Made by a program: the position numbers and the translations under genes. DNA of 64,000 nucleotides from an uncultured Armatimonadetes bacterium (GTDB taxonomy: Bacteria > Armatimonadota > UBA5829 > DTJY01), in NCBI GenBank assembly GCA_963717145.1, contig OY970325.1, forward strand, positions 1,472,001 through 1,536,000. The letters are read 5' to 3'. The notes under the pieces were generated by a model. The model ran no database searches, was not told the DNA's origin, and saw only the letters and a list, made by a program, of their open reading frames with translations. Positions 37,525-46,962 of the stretch are shown piece after piece. Numbering within the stretch: position 1 is the first letter of the stretch; the number at the start of each line of letters is the position of its first letter.

Positions 37525-39112
37525 TATTCGGCTTCCTGTGAGGTAAGATGATGCGGTAAGCGTATTCAAGTATCGCCAGAAGCACCGCATAGTACAGCAG
37601 CATGAACACCCATGTCGGGGAGCGGACGGAGTATGATGACCACGAGAACCCGCTCAGCGCAGTCACGATGGATAGCATCCATCCTGAGATCGATCCCGTA
37701 CCCAGCGCCGCCGCAGCACCGATCGGCGGGAGCCAGTTGAAGGCGAGCGAAACCAGGCCGAAGACCGTGAGCGCGACGACCAGGAGCGTCACCATCGCGT
37801 TTGCGAGAATTGATACCACCGAGACGTAGTTGAAGTAGTACGCCGTGATCGGAAGGGTGCCGAGAGTCGCGGCGACCGACAGGAGCACCGCGGCGGCGAT
37901 GTTTCGCCGGCACCACTCAGCGCACCTCCAGAACGGGCCGTACCTTCGAGCCGGTTTCTTGACGTCCTTCTCCTCCTTCGACCGAAGCGATACCTCCAGC
38001 AGCGGCATCACCAGGATGATCGCCAATACGGCTGCGAAGGAAAGCTGGAATCCGACATCGTAGAGGCTCAGGGGACTCGCCATCAGGATGATCAGGCCGC
38101 TCAGCATCACGCTGTCAAGCATGTCAGGCACTCTCTGGAGGAGATACGCGGACAGGAAGACGGTCACCATGATCGTCGCTCGGATGATCGACGGACCTCC
38201 GCCTGCGAGCCCAGCGAACCCCCACAGAAGCGCGATGAGAAGGACGTGCAGCCAGGCGCGAGGGACCGTCAACCTTCGAAGGATCCACCGGAAGATCAGC
38301 ACAATGATCCCACAGTTGTACCCCGAGGCCGCGAGCAGGTGCATTGTCCCTGTACGCATGAATGCCGACTGCACGCTGAGAGGGAGCGCGGAATAGTTCC
38401 CGAGCAGGATTCCGAGGAGCAGATTGCCCCGGTCGTCCGGGAAGAGACGGCGAACCTTCGCTGAGAGAATGGACTTGAACCAGCCGGTCGCGCGCCCGAG
38501 AACGCCTGATCCGGGTCCAAGGCGCTCCGTCACCCCGGTGGGAATCACCATCGCGCAGTAGATCCTCCGGCGGGCCAGGTAGTCGGCATATGAGCCTGAG
38601 TCGGGGTTCGCAGGCGGAGCGGGCACCTTCAGCCTGCCGTGGATGCGCACCCTGTCGGCATGGAACAGGACATGGTTGTCGATCTCCTCCGGCTGCCAGG
38701 TTGGCCGATAGATCGTCACCATCGCCCGGCCTGTGACGGGGTACTCGCCGGTGTACGTCTTCACCGATTCGGCGCGCAATTCGAACCGAACGCTGCCGTC
38801 ATCGCGCGGCTCGGGGTCGGAGGCAATGACTCCGGTGAGGTGGACGAGCTTTCCCTCAGCATATCGGCTGATGTCGTCAGGAGGCACGACCCATCCGGCG
38901 GAGGTCCGGATCAGCCCGACGAGGAATACGACGCCCGCCAAAACCATCATCGATCTCGGCACCGGTCTGATCGGCACGACTGCCGCCGCGAGGATGAATA
39001 TGGATCCGACCCACAGGCCAGTCATCGGCATCAGATGCATCGCGGCGGCGCACACGATCCCTGCGATGTAGGCGACTGCGATCGGAAACAGTGGTCGGTG
39101 ATGTAGGTTCAT
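37502..39112 (-). CDS. comEC: ComEC/Rec2 competence channel, membrane part
   Basis: OB-like N-region, HLLAASGYN, PSIIRA, GFQLSF. Confidence 0.88.
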   Translation of the reverse strand: MNLHHRPLFPIAVAYIAGIVCAAAMHLMPMTGLWVGSIFILAAAVVPIRPVPRSMMVLAGVVFLVGLIRTSAGWVVPPDDISRYAEGKLVHLTGVIASDPEPRDDGSVRFELRAESVKTYTGEYPVTGRAMVTIYRPTWQPEEIDNHVLFHADRVRIHGRLKVPAPPANPDSGSYADYLARRRIYCAMVIPTGVTERLGPGSGVLGRATGWFKSILSAKVRRLFPDDRGNLLLGILLGNYSALPLSVQSAFMRTGTMHLLAASGYNCGIIVLIFRWILRRLTVPRAWLHVLLIALLWGFAGLAGGGPSIIRATIMVTVFLSAYLLQRVPDMLDSVMLSGLIILMASPLSLYDVGFQLSFAAVLAIILVMPLLEVSLRSKEEKDVKKPARRYGPFWRCAEWCRRNIAAAVLLSVAATLGTLPITAYYFNYVSVVSILANAMVTLLVVALTVFGLVSLAFNWLPPIGAAAALGTGSISGWMLSIVTALSGFSWSSYSVRSPTWVFMLLYYAVLLAILEYAYRIILPHRKPNNAVTKTP

Positions 39113-39786
39113 AGCTTGACGAACGGCTTCATCTTCGCGAGCGTCTTCGGGCCGATGCCCTTGACCTCCTCGAGTTCATCGACCGACTTGAAGGCGCCGT
39201 GCTCCTTGCGGTAGTCGATGATCCGCTGGGCCATCGCGGGGCCTACTCCGACGAGGTGCTGGAGTTCGTCCGCACTCGCGCTGTTGATGCTGACCGTGCC
39301 GTCGCCGGGCTTCTTGTATTTCTGGACGCCGGCACTCCCGCCCTTGCTACCAGAGGCACGCGTGCCGGACGGAGGCTCGCCGCCTCTCACGACGGACACG
39401 ACCGGCGGAGGGACCCGGCCTTTCGGAGCGATGTATACCTGCTGGCCGTCCTGAAGCTTCTCGGCGAGGTTGATGGTTTCCAGGTCCGCATTTCCGGAAG
39501 CGCCGCCCGCCGCCTCGATCGCGTCCTGCACTCGGCTGGCAGGCTCCAGCTCATAGAGCCCCGGTTTCGCGACCTTTCCGGAGACGTGCACACTGACCGT
39601 TCGGGGCTTCTCAGGCTCAGGAGAGGTGACGGTGTCGGCGGACGCTCCTCCCGGCTGGATCAACTTCACCGGGCCTGAGTTCATTTGGGCCGCTCCGGAC
39701 TTGGACAGGTAGAAGACCGTGCCGGCGAGCACGATCACGAAGAGGACTATGACGCCGATGATCTGCGGCCGGGTGTAGCTCTTCAC
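39109..39786 (-). CDS. comEA: ComEA DNA-binding competence protein
   Basis: TM, SLBB (VHVSGKVAKPGLY), HhH repeats INSASADEL..GVGP..GIGPK. Confidence 0.92.
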   Translation of the reverse strand: MKSYTRPQIIGVIVLFVIVLAGTVFYLSKSGAAQMNSGPVKLIQPGGASADTVTSPEPEKPRTVSVHVSGKVAKPGLYELEPASRVQDAIEAAGGASGNADLETINLAEKLQDGQQVYIAPKGRVPPPVVSVVRGGEPPSGTRASGSKGGSAGVQKYKKPGDGTVSINSASADELQHLVGVGPAMAQRIIDYRKEHGAFKSVDELEEVKGIGPKTLAKMKPFVKL

Positions 39787-39938
39787 GGCAGGACACCTCC
39801 GGGGATCAGGATGCAGAAACCGCTTACTGGCGGGATTATATCACCGGTACTGAGGGAAAGCAAGGCCTGGATTCCTGCGCGGACATGAACATGGTAGTGG
39901 GGCGCGTGCAGAATGAAGGCGACCATTGGGCTCGCCAG

Positions 39939-40403
39939 TCATGGGCCCTTGGCAAGACGGATGGCATCCGCCAACTCGTCCGGCCTCTGAGAGCCAATGA
40001 TAATGTGCTTCCCATCCCAGAGCAGAAGCTGTACCCCCCGGTTGCCGATGACGTGATAGACCCTAGTTCGGAATACCCAGCCGTAGTATTCAAAGAGCAC
40101 ACCGTAGGCCCGCGCTTCGACGTGGGCAATGTCGCCGAACTGGATCGCGCGGTACGACCTCTGCCATGGGATGCGCTTGATGTATATGCCGTCATTCCGG
40201 ACCTCGGTGATCTGCTTTGTCACGAGGAGCAACACTGCAAACAGCCCGAGAACCGAGGTCATGACGATCAGGCTCCCAATGACCTCGGCTTTGTTCAGGC
40301 CTGAGGTCGCCCAGATGCAGAACACGTAGATCAGCGCGATCGACCATATCCATTTCGACGCGCTCTGGACTTCGCGAAATGTTACGTTGGACTGAACATC
40401 CAT
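39939..40403 (-). CDS. Small membrane protein (two TM plus PH-like domain)
   Basis: GGAGAG RBS; FREVQ...YYGW...GNRGVQL...IIGSQRPDEL. Confidence 0.7.
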   Translation of the reverse strand: MDVQSNVTFREVQSASKWIWSIALIYVFCIWATSGLNKAEVIGSLIVMTSVLGLFAVLLLVTKQITEVRNDGIYIKRIPWQRSYRAIQFGDIAHVEARAYGVLFEYYGWVFRTRVYHVIGNRGVQLLLWDGKHIIIGSQRPDELADAIRLAKGP

Positions 40404-40461
40404 CACTGCTCTCCTGCCCGATATGTGGCATCTCCAGATGCAAACGTTCCCTTCGATCACA

Positions 40462-40922
40462 TCAGAACGAGTCCTCGGTAAAGCGGTAGCCTCTGCTCCG
40501 GACATTAGTGCAAACACTACCTCTAGGTAAGGTTGGTAGTTAGCAGCACTATGGTGTGCTGCAGTCGGTGCACCCCGGGGTTTTGCCCTGGCAGACAGAG
40601 ATGATGCTCACTCTAACCGCCTCATGCAGACGAGAATCCGTATCGTTCTCTCCTGCGAGCGAGCTTCAGAAATCCTCTTCTCGGAATCGGTAGCCTCTGA
40701 TCCGGACCTTTCTGCTGCCACTACCCTTAGATAGGGTTGGTGATTGGCAGCAGTAATGCGGGCATTGCGGTGCTGCCAACGTAGCACCCTGGCTCTTTCC
40801 CTTGCAGGCAGAAACGATACTCAGTCCAAACCGCCTCATGCAGGCGAGAATCCCTATCGTTCTCTCCTGCCAAAGCTTCAGAAATCCTCTTCCTTGAACC
40901 GGTAGCCCCTGATCTGCGCCTT
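40462..40922. repeat. Diverged ~205-212 bp tandem repeat (about 2.2 units) including the sialidase 3' end
   Basis: Units start at 40462, 40666 and 40878 and share CGGTAGCC; the two full units also share CCGCCTCATGCAG, GAGAATCC, TATCGTTCTCTCCTGC. Confidence 0.8.
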
Positions 40923-41987
40923 CGGGGCGTCATCCACGATGTAGTTCACCGCGAGGAAGCTCCCGGGCGCGGTCTCGACCCAGCCGGTGTATCCGCTGTC
41001 CGAGTGCGGGCTGCGGTCGTGATCAAGCGGGAGGATCACCCCATCCTGCTGCTTGCGGACCGGATCGAGCGCGCTCTTCGCGGACTCCAGGTATGCGAAT
41101 GTGTTCTTGGCCCACTTGGTGTGTCCGCCGGTGTAGTGGCGGTAGGTGATCAGCACCTTGCCTGATCTGGTGACATGTGCGACGGGGCGGTGGCCCGCAC
41201 CCATGAGCGTCTCGAACGGGCCTTGCCAGGTGAGCCCGCCATCCGTGGAGATGCACTTGTAGATCGGCCTCCCCTGCCCCGTGTTCTCGCGCATGTAGCA
41301 GATCAACTCGCCACCGGGCATCTCGATGATCGACGCCTCGCAGAAGTCGTAGCCCTTCCGTGACGCCACAGTGATCGGAGCGCTCCATGTGGCGCCCTTG
41401 TCGGCACTCCTGTGCACGTATTGGGCGGTGCTGCCGGTCGCCTTGTCGCGGGAATGGGTCGCCAGCAGCCAATCGCCGCTCTTCAGCTCGACCACCTCAT
41501 CCGGCATGATGCCGTGGACGCCGGTGACCTTCGGCACGGACCACGTCTCGCCGTTGTCGTTGCTGAAGAAGAGCAGGTTCTCGGCCTTCTTCACGCCCGC
41601 ATTGGTCTCATCGGGGCAAGCGAGAAGATCGCACACTATAAGCAGGCGGCCGTCCTTCAACTGCTGGACCTTCGGGCAGTTATACTTCGAGATGCAGTCG
41701 TTCTCGCGCTTGACATCGATCAGCACCTTGCGGTCGGAGAATGTCTTGCCCGCGTCGTCACTCGTTCGGACGATGATGCGGCAGAAGGTGATCGGCTGAT
41801 GGCCATCGCTCTCCCGATAGACGAGCACGATCCGCCCACTCTTCGTCTGAGTCAGGCTCGGGAAACACTCGTGCGCCGAGTCATCCCGGCTGATGGTGAA
41901 CTTCTCGATGGACACTCCGATACCTCCTGTGGCGGCGATTGACGCGCAGAGCATGAGGGCAAGCATGGCTAATGGTCGATGGTTCAT
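40878..41987 (-). CDS. BNR/Asp-box sialidase-family protein, secreted
   Basis: Asp boxes SDDAGKTF, SNDNGETW, SADKGATW, STDGGLTW; signal peptide; ATGA overlap with upstream gene. Confidence 0.85.
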   Translation of the reverse strand: MNHRPLAMLALMLCASIAATGGIGVSIEKFTISRDDSAHECFPSLTQTKSGRIVLVYRESDGHQPITFCRIIVRTSDDAGKTFSDRKVLIDVKRENDCISKYNCPKVQQLKDGRLLIVCDLLACPDETNAGVKKAENLLFFSNDNGETWSVPKVTGVHGIMPDEVVELKSGDWLLATHSRDKATGSTAQYVHRSADKGATWSAPITVASRKGYDFCEASIIEMPGGELICYMRENTGQGRPIYKCISTDGGLTWQGPFETLMGAGHRPVAHVTRSGKVLITYRHYTGGHTKWAKNTFAYLESAKSALDPVRKQQDGVILPLDHDRSPHSDSGYTGWVETAPGSFLAVNYIVDDAPKAQIRGYRFKEEDF

Positions 41988-42754
41988 GGTTGATGGGCGT
42001 GAAAGACGATGACGCCGAAGTTCTTCGGCTGGTGATAGACGCCGGGGGAGAGCGACCACGCGAGGAACTGATCGTCCTCTGCCCCAGGCCCGACGCGCTC
42101 ACAGCGAAAGAGATTGACGCGCCAGGAGTCGCCATCCACGGGCGGGCTGCTTCGGGCGCGGCCCTTGAACTCGATCCATGGGATGGCGATCTCGACGGTG
42201 TACCCCTCGTCCGTATCCTCATGGTCATCGAGCGTGCCGTGGACCTGCGCGCCCGTCCTGAGGCCGAGTACATCGTACTTGGAGAAGATGGCGTATCTCC
42301 CCTGCCAGCCGGCTGCGGTCACGTTGAGATCGACGCCGACGTTCCGGGGGCTGACATCGATCTCCCAGTAGTGGCGTCCGCTCCAATCGGGATCGATGAA
42401 TATCTCGACGGCATCCTGAGCGAATACGGGATCATCGAACTTTGTATAGGTATTCCACACATCCCTGTCCTCGCAGTCGAACGCGACGTAGAGGTATTCA
42501 TCGTCCCACAGGAGCTTGGCGCTGGTGGAGTATACGGGCGCATAACCGGCCTGGAAGCACTCGGTGAATCCGCCGGCACTTGGGGCGCTCCCCCATTCCC
42601 GGGCGCTCAGGACTCCGTCGATCTTCATGCATGCGGGGGCACGGTAGACATCGTAGTACGACCACTGGTTCGGGTTGACGACAGCCGGCTGGATGGTGAT
42701 CACCGTCTGCGTGATGGCGAGAAATGCGATGAGGAAAGCTGACATCCGTTTCAC
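41984..42754 (-). CDS. CBM9-like / DOMON sugar-binding secreted protein
   Basis: IDGVL, LWDDEYLYVAF, DAVEIFIDP, YTVEIAIPW, WRVNLFR. Confidence 0.8.
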   Translation of the reverse strand: MKRMSAFLIAFLAITQTVITIQPAVVNPNQWSYYDVYRAPACMKIDGVLSAREWGSAPSAGGFTECFQAGYAPVYSTSAKLLWDDEYLYVAFDCEDRDVWNTYTKFDDPVFAQDAVEIFIDPDWSGRHYWEIDVSPRNVGVDLNVTAAGWQGRYAIFSKYDVLGLRTGAQVHGTLDDHEDTDEGYTVEIAIPWIEFKGRARSSPPVDGDSWRVNLFRCERVGPGAEDDQFLAWSLSPGVYHQPKNFGVIVFHAHQP

Positions 42755-42845
42755 TCCCTTTCGCGGGTAGTATAGCGGAACGGACGAATGAAGGCAAATG
42801 GAGTAGTCGAGGAGTAACGAAGCCGTCTCGTCGCCCGCTCAGACA

Positions 42846-42941
42846 GGATGACCCTCACCCCAACCCTCTCCCTCAGAGGGAGAGGGGGTCGTCTGGTGCT
42901 CCCTCTCCCTCTGAGGGAGAGGGTTGGGGTGAGGGTCATCC
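42846..42941. repeat. REP-like nested palindrome CCCTCACCCCAACCCTCTCCC.../...GGGAGAGGGTTGGGGTGAGGG
   Basis: Long inverted arms, each with an internal hairpin. Confidence 0.8.
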
Positions 42942-42971
42942 GGCCTCGGACAGGTCCGACTGAGCTGTCAA

Positions 42972-43394
42972 CTAGATCGGGTTCAGCCGCCCCGGAATCA
43001 TGCTGAGGAGCTTCCCATCCTTATCCACAAAGAGCGTCCAGTCGAAGGTCCCCTTGTCGCTGGTCGCCGTCCAGGTCTTCTGCACGGAGTCCTTGCCGAA
43101 TGCCTGGGCGAACGGGCCCTCAACGGGTCCCTCTGACTTGAATTTGAGCGTCTTGACCGCGCCGTAGACCTGCTTCATCTGTGCGGCGGCCTGGGGGAGC
43201 TGCGCCTTGACCTGCGGGTTGTCCAGCGCCTTCCGTGCCTCCGGGTTCAGGGTGTCCTGAATCGGTTCCAATGATCCCGCGTACATGCAGTCCATCACCT
43301 GGCGGGCATACCGGGTATCCGTGTCCTGGTACCAGTAATACGCTCCGCCCGCTACCGCCAGGATCAGAGCGATAATAAGTCCATTCCTCAACAT
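42972..43394 (-). CDS. Small membrane-anchored exported protein (DUF3887/NTF2-like)
   Basis: AGGAGG RBS, N-terminal TM, ...YGAVK...VDKDGKL. Confidence 0.65.
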   Translation of the reverse strand: MLRNGLIIALILAVAGGAYYWYQDTDTRYARQVMDCMYAGSLEPIQDTLNPEARKALDNPQVKAQLPQAAAQMKQVYGAVKTLKFKSEGPVEGPFAQAFGKDSVQKTWTATSDKGTFDWTLFVDKDGKLLSMIPGRLNPI

Positions 43395-43428
43395 ATACCT
43401 CCTGAAATCTCGTTGCTGTCACCTATAC

Positions 43429-43456
43429 AGACGCGCGGGACGCCCATAAGGTTGCA
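43429..43456 (-). promoter_or_regulatory. Putative ECF-sigma promoter TGCAAC-N17-CGTCT
   Basis: Identical boxes and spacing recur at 44763-44790. Confidence 0.55.
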
Positions 43457-43508
43457 CGACCGCCGGCGGACCGTGTTATCATTCCTCGTCCCGCTTACGT
43501 CTAATCAG

Positions 43509-43536
43509 CGAAACCTGCGGTCCGCTCAGGTCGTAG
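43509..43536 (+). promoter_or_regulatory. Putative ECF-sigma promoter CGAAAC-N17-CGTAG upstream of htrA
   Basis: AAC/CGT ECF signature. Confidence 0.45.
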
Positions 43537-43576
43537 GTATCTCTGACAGACAATCCACTCTCAGCCAGGTGATGAC

Positions 43577-44632
43577 ATGCAGACAAAGCGTTTTCAGGTA
43601 CTCCTCGCAGCAATCGCTGTTGCGGTTCTCCTCGGCGGGGTCCCCGTGTTCCCCGCTCCGCCGGAAGTCAGCGCGCAATCGCAGACCGCAGTGGTCAAGG
43701 CGGTCCAGACCGTCGGGCCGGCGGTCGTAAACATCGACACTCTATCCCGACCGAAGCAGACCGCGTTCGACTTCTCGAACTTCTTCGGCGAGCCGCAGCC
43801 CGAGCAGGGACAGGCGTCGGGCTGGGTCTACGACGGCCAGAAGGGCTATATCGTCACCAACGAACACGTCATCCATGGAGCGGACGAGATCACGGTCACG
43901 ATGCCCGACAAGAAGCAATACGTTGCGAAACTGATCGGACGAGATCGAGTGAGCGACATCGCGGTCGTCAAGGTCGAGGCGAAGGGCCTCCCGAGCGCCA
44001 AGCTGTCGAAGGGCGGCGATCCGGTGATCGGCTCGTGGGCGATCGCGATCGGCAACCCGTTCGGATTCCAGAACACGGTGACCGTCGGGGTCATCAGCGC
44101 GACGGATCGTCGGCTCAAGGCCCCTGATGGCCGCGAGATGGAGAACCTCATCCAGACCGACGCGGCGATCAACCCCGGCAACTCGGGCGGTCCGCTCTGC
44201 GACATAGACGGCAATGTCGTCGCGATGAACACGGCGATCATCCCCTACGGCCAGGGTCTCGGTTTCGCGATACCGGCGAAGACGATCTCCAAGGTGGTTC
44301 CCGAGCTGATCAAGAACGGACGGATCATCCGTCCGTGGACCGGTTTCGCCTCAGCCGATGCGAGTCCGAAGCTTGCCAGGTGGTTCAGAGTGACGTACAC
44401 CGAGGGCGTGATCATCCAGGTGTACCGGGGTTACGCCGCCGAGGAAGCCGGACTCAGGAACGGTGACATCATCGTGGAGGCCGCCGGTAAACCGATCAAG
44501 ACTTCCGAAGATCTGGAGGCTGCGATCGGGAAGCACAAGGTGGGCGACAAACTCCCTCTGGTGGTGGTCCGCAGTGGTGGGCGAACCAAAGCTACGGTGA
44601 TCCTGGGCGAAAAGCCGGTGGACATGCAGTAG
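43577..44632 (+). CDS. htrA: HtrA/DegP-family serine protease with PDZ domain
   Basis: TNEHVI, SDIAVVK, TDAAINPGNSGGPL, C-terminal PDZ. Confidence 0.93.
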   Translation: MQTKRFQVLLAAIAVAVLLGGVPVFPAPPEVSAQSQTAVVKAVQTVGPAVVNIDTLSRPKQTAFDFSNFFGEPQPEQGQASGWVYDGQKGYIVTNEHVIHGADEITVTMPDKKQYVAKLIGRDRVSDIAVVKVEAKGLPSAKLSKGGDPVIGSWAIAIGNPFGFQNTVTVGVISATDRRLKAPDGREMENLIQTDAAINPGNSGGPLCDIDGNVVAMNTAIIPYGQGLGFAIPAKTISKVVPELIKNGRIIRPWTGFASADASPKLARWFRVTYTEGVIIQVYRGYAAEEAGLRNGDIIVEAAGKPIKTSEDLEAAIGKHKVGDKLPLVVVRSGGRTKATVILGEKPVDMQ

Positions 44633-44762
44633 ATAGTGCACCGTGAACAGTGAACGGTGGGCAGTGGGTTGGGGCGGGAGTTGTATTCCCGCCCCTTCTG
44701 CTGTCGGGATCAGGATGCACGCCCAACCCACATACCGCTTGGTTGCGAATCTTCCGAGTCGA

Positions 44763-44790
44763 TGCAACTAAAATGCAGTGACAACCGTCT
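44763..44790 (+). promoter_or_regulatory. Putative ECF-sigma promoter TGCAAC-N17-CGTCT upstream of the paralog array
   Basis: Matches 43429-43456. Confidence 0.55.
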
Positions 44791-44846
44791 ACCATGTAGA
44801 AAGACTACTGTGTTGCGCGACCGTGCTTCTGCGGCATGCGGAAGCC

Positions 44847-44953
44847 GTAGGGGCGGGCTTCTACGCCCGCCCGCAGACGGGAGGCCGTTGAAGACCTCCC
44901 CCTACGAATGCTGACTATTACACAGACGGGAGGCCGTTGAAGACCTCCCCTAC
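44847..44953. repeat. GTAG-type REP cluster (three units)
   Basis: GTAGGGGCGGGCTTCTACGCCCGCCC plus two CGGGAGGCCGTTGAAGACCTCCCCTAC-like copies. Confidence 0.8.
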
Positions 44954-44976
44954 CGGAATCACTGAGAGGAGCGACC

Positions 44977-46920
44977 ATGCGCCGTGTACTTATCCCTTTG
45001 TTCATCGTCCTCATATCTGCAGGAGCGTGGGCACAAGACGCAAAGCCCGACAAGCCGGATGCCCGACTCGACCAGAAAGTCACCCTCGAAGTCAGCCACA
45101 CCAAGCTTGAGGACGTTTGCACGTACCTGACCGAAGAGACCGGAGTCACGATCAAGGCCGGGAGCGGGGAGCGGGACTGGAAGGTCCGCGAGCGCAAGGT
45201 CACGATCCAGGCGAAGGATGTGAAGCTCGATACGCTGATGAAGGAGATCTCCAGGCTGCTCGGGTTCTACCTGTCGAAGAGCGGCAAGGAGGGCGAGTGG
45301 GCGTACCTCTACTGGCAGGACAAGAAGAACCGCGACCTAGAGGCCGAGATGTTGAGCGCCGAGAAAGAGGCCGCCGCACAGCGCGCTCGGAAGATGTGCG
45401 AATCGGCGATCGATCAGGCCTCCGATGCATTGAAACTCACTCCTGAAGAGGCGCTCAAGAAGAAGAGCGAGGATCCGCTGCTGGCCTACATGGGCGGAAC
45501 GAGATCCGGGCGGGGATTCGCGCAGTTGCTGGAATCGCTCAACGGCCTCCAGACCGAGCGTGAACTCCTGATGCGGGGTCAGAACACCATGATCGAACTG
45601 AGCGGCGCGATGCTGAAGGCGGCGATGGATGCTGCTTCCGGTGGGATCATCGCTAGCGAGATGAAGGGTCAGAACAGGGAGTTTCCCGGTGACCTGGAAC
45701 CCTACCAGTTAACTATCATGCCCCTCAACGAGGCGGAGAACTTCGAAGCCGGGGTGCTCGGAGTCGGCGGCTTCATCGCAATATCGGGAGTCAATCCGGG
45801 ACAGACACCGACCACCAACGGGGAGAACCCTTTCGGCCAGGGAGACATGATGGGCATGTTCCTTCTGGCGGATCCGAATTCCAAGGTCAGCGACCTGTTT
45901 GCGAGTTTTCTGTTCGACATCGAGTCGGGAATGAGCGCTGAGGAAGCCAACCGCAAGATCAACGAGGAGATGCAGAAACCGGAGTTGCTTGCCTCTGTCC
46001 TTGCCAAGGATTCACCGACGGAGAAGGATCCACCGACCGACCCCAGGCTGACGCGCGAGGTCGAGATCAGCGACAAGATCGGCAAGTCTGCCGGCATTAC
46101 CGACCTCAATGATAGCCCGGAGAACACCGGGAAGACGATGGCCGAGATTTCGAGAGCACTCGGCGTCCCGGTACTCTTCGAGTCATTTGCCAGGCTCATG
46201 CCCGTGTCCGTTTTCGTGAAGCCGGGCAAGCAGCCGCTCTACAAGGTACTGATCGGCCTGGAGAAATGCGATCTCAACTGGGAACTCGATGACGATGCGC
46301 TCCGGATTCGGCCGCGGAACTGGGCGCTCCGCAGGTCATATGAGATCCCCGACCGTTTCATCGCCCACTACAAGGACCTCCTCGAGAAGCAGGGCGAGCT
46401 TACCCTAGATGACATCGCGGACGTGGCACTCGCTCTCACCGACGGGCAGATCGGGAACACCCTGCTCGCGGACCCCGACCTGGGTTGGCTGTTCAACTCC
46501 ATCTTCGGCGAGATGGTGGGGCAAGGCAAGACAATAGTCAGGCTGTACGGTTCCCTGACCGCGCCGCAGAAGTCGGCTCTGAGTACCGAGGCCGGGCTGC
46601 CGTTCTCACAGCTCACCGGCGAGCAGTGGGACCGAGCGAGCAGCCTCATCTCCAGCGGATTCGGCGGCGTCTACGTGCAGGACGGAAGCATTCGGTTGAA
46701 ACCTGACACCAATCCAGCGGAGACACAGAGGTCAGTGCACAACTACTACTTCGAGATCAGCGTTCAGGTAGCTGACGAAGCGAAACCTCGCATGCTGCCT
46801 GAAAGGATCTCGGTGATGGGCAAGGAGACGATCGCCTCCGTGAAGAAGCAGCGGGATGAAACGGCGGCGGCGAGGAAGAAGGCCGCCGAAGAACAGCAGA
46901 AGACCGAACCGGCGAAGTGA
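44977..46920 (+). CDS. Secreted protein with STN-like N-domain, paralog 1
   Basis: Signal peptide; RLDQKVTL...GVTIKAG...RDWKVRERKVTI shared with the next two ORFs. Confidence 0.8.
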   Translation: MRRVLIPLFIVLISAGAWAQDAKPDKPDARLDQKVTLEVSHTKLEDVCTYLTEETGVTIKAGSGERDWKVRERKVTIQAKDVKLDTLMKEISRLLGFYLSKSGKEGEWAYLYWQDKKNRDLEAEMLSAEKEAAAQRARKMCESAIDQASDALKLTPEEALKKKSEDPLLAYMGGTRSGRGFAQLLESLNGLQTERELLMRGQNTMIELSGAMLKAAMDAASGGIIASEMKGQNREFPGDLEPYQLTIMPLNEAENFEAGVLGVGGFIAISGVNPGQTPTTNGENPFGQGDMMGMFLLADPNSKVSDLFASFLFDIESGMSAEEANRKINEEMQKPELLASVLAKDSPTEKDPPTDPRLTREVEISDKIGKSAGITDLNDSPENTGKTMAEISRALGVPVLFESFARLMPVSVFVKPGKQPLYKVLIGLEKCDLNWELDDDALRIRPRNWALRRSYEIPDRFIAHYKDLLEKQGELTLDDIADVALALTDGQIGNTLLADPDLGWLFNSIFGEMVGQGKTIVRLYGSLTAPQKSALSTEAGLPFSQLTGEQWDRASSLISSGFGGVYVQDGSIRLKPDTNPAETQRSVHNYYFEISVQVADEAKPRMLPERISVMGKETIASVKKQRDETAAARKKAAEEQQKTEPAK

Positions 46921-46962
46921 TGCTGGTTACTGGATACTGAATTCCGCAGAGGAGGAACAACC

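Noticed and set aside
40462-40922. CRISPR array or DGR template/variable repeat
   Set aside because: The spacers are homologous rather than unique, the differences are not adenine-specific, and no cas or reverse transcriptase gene is present.
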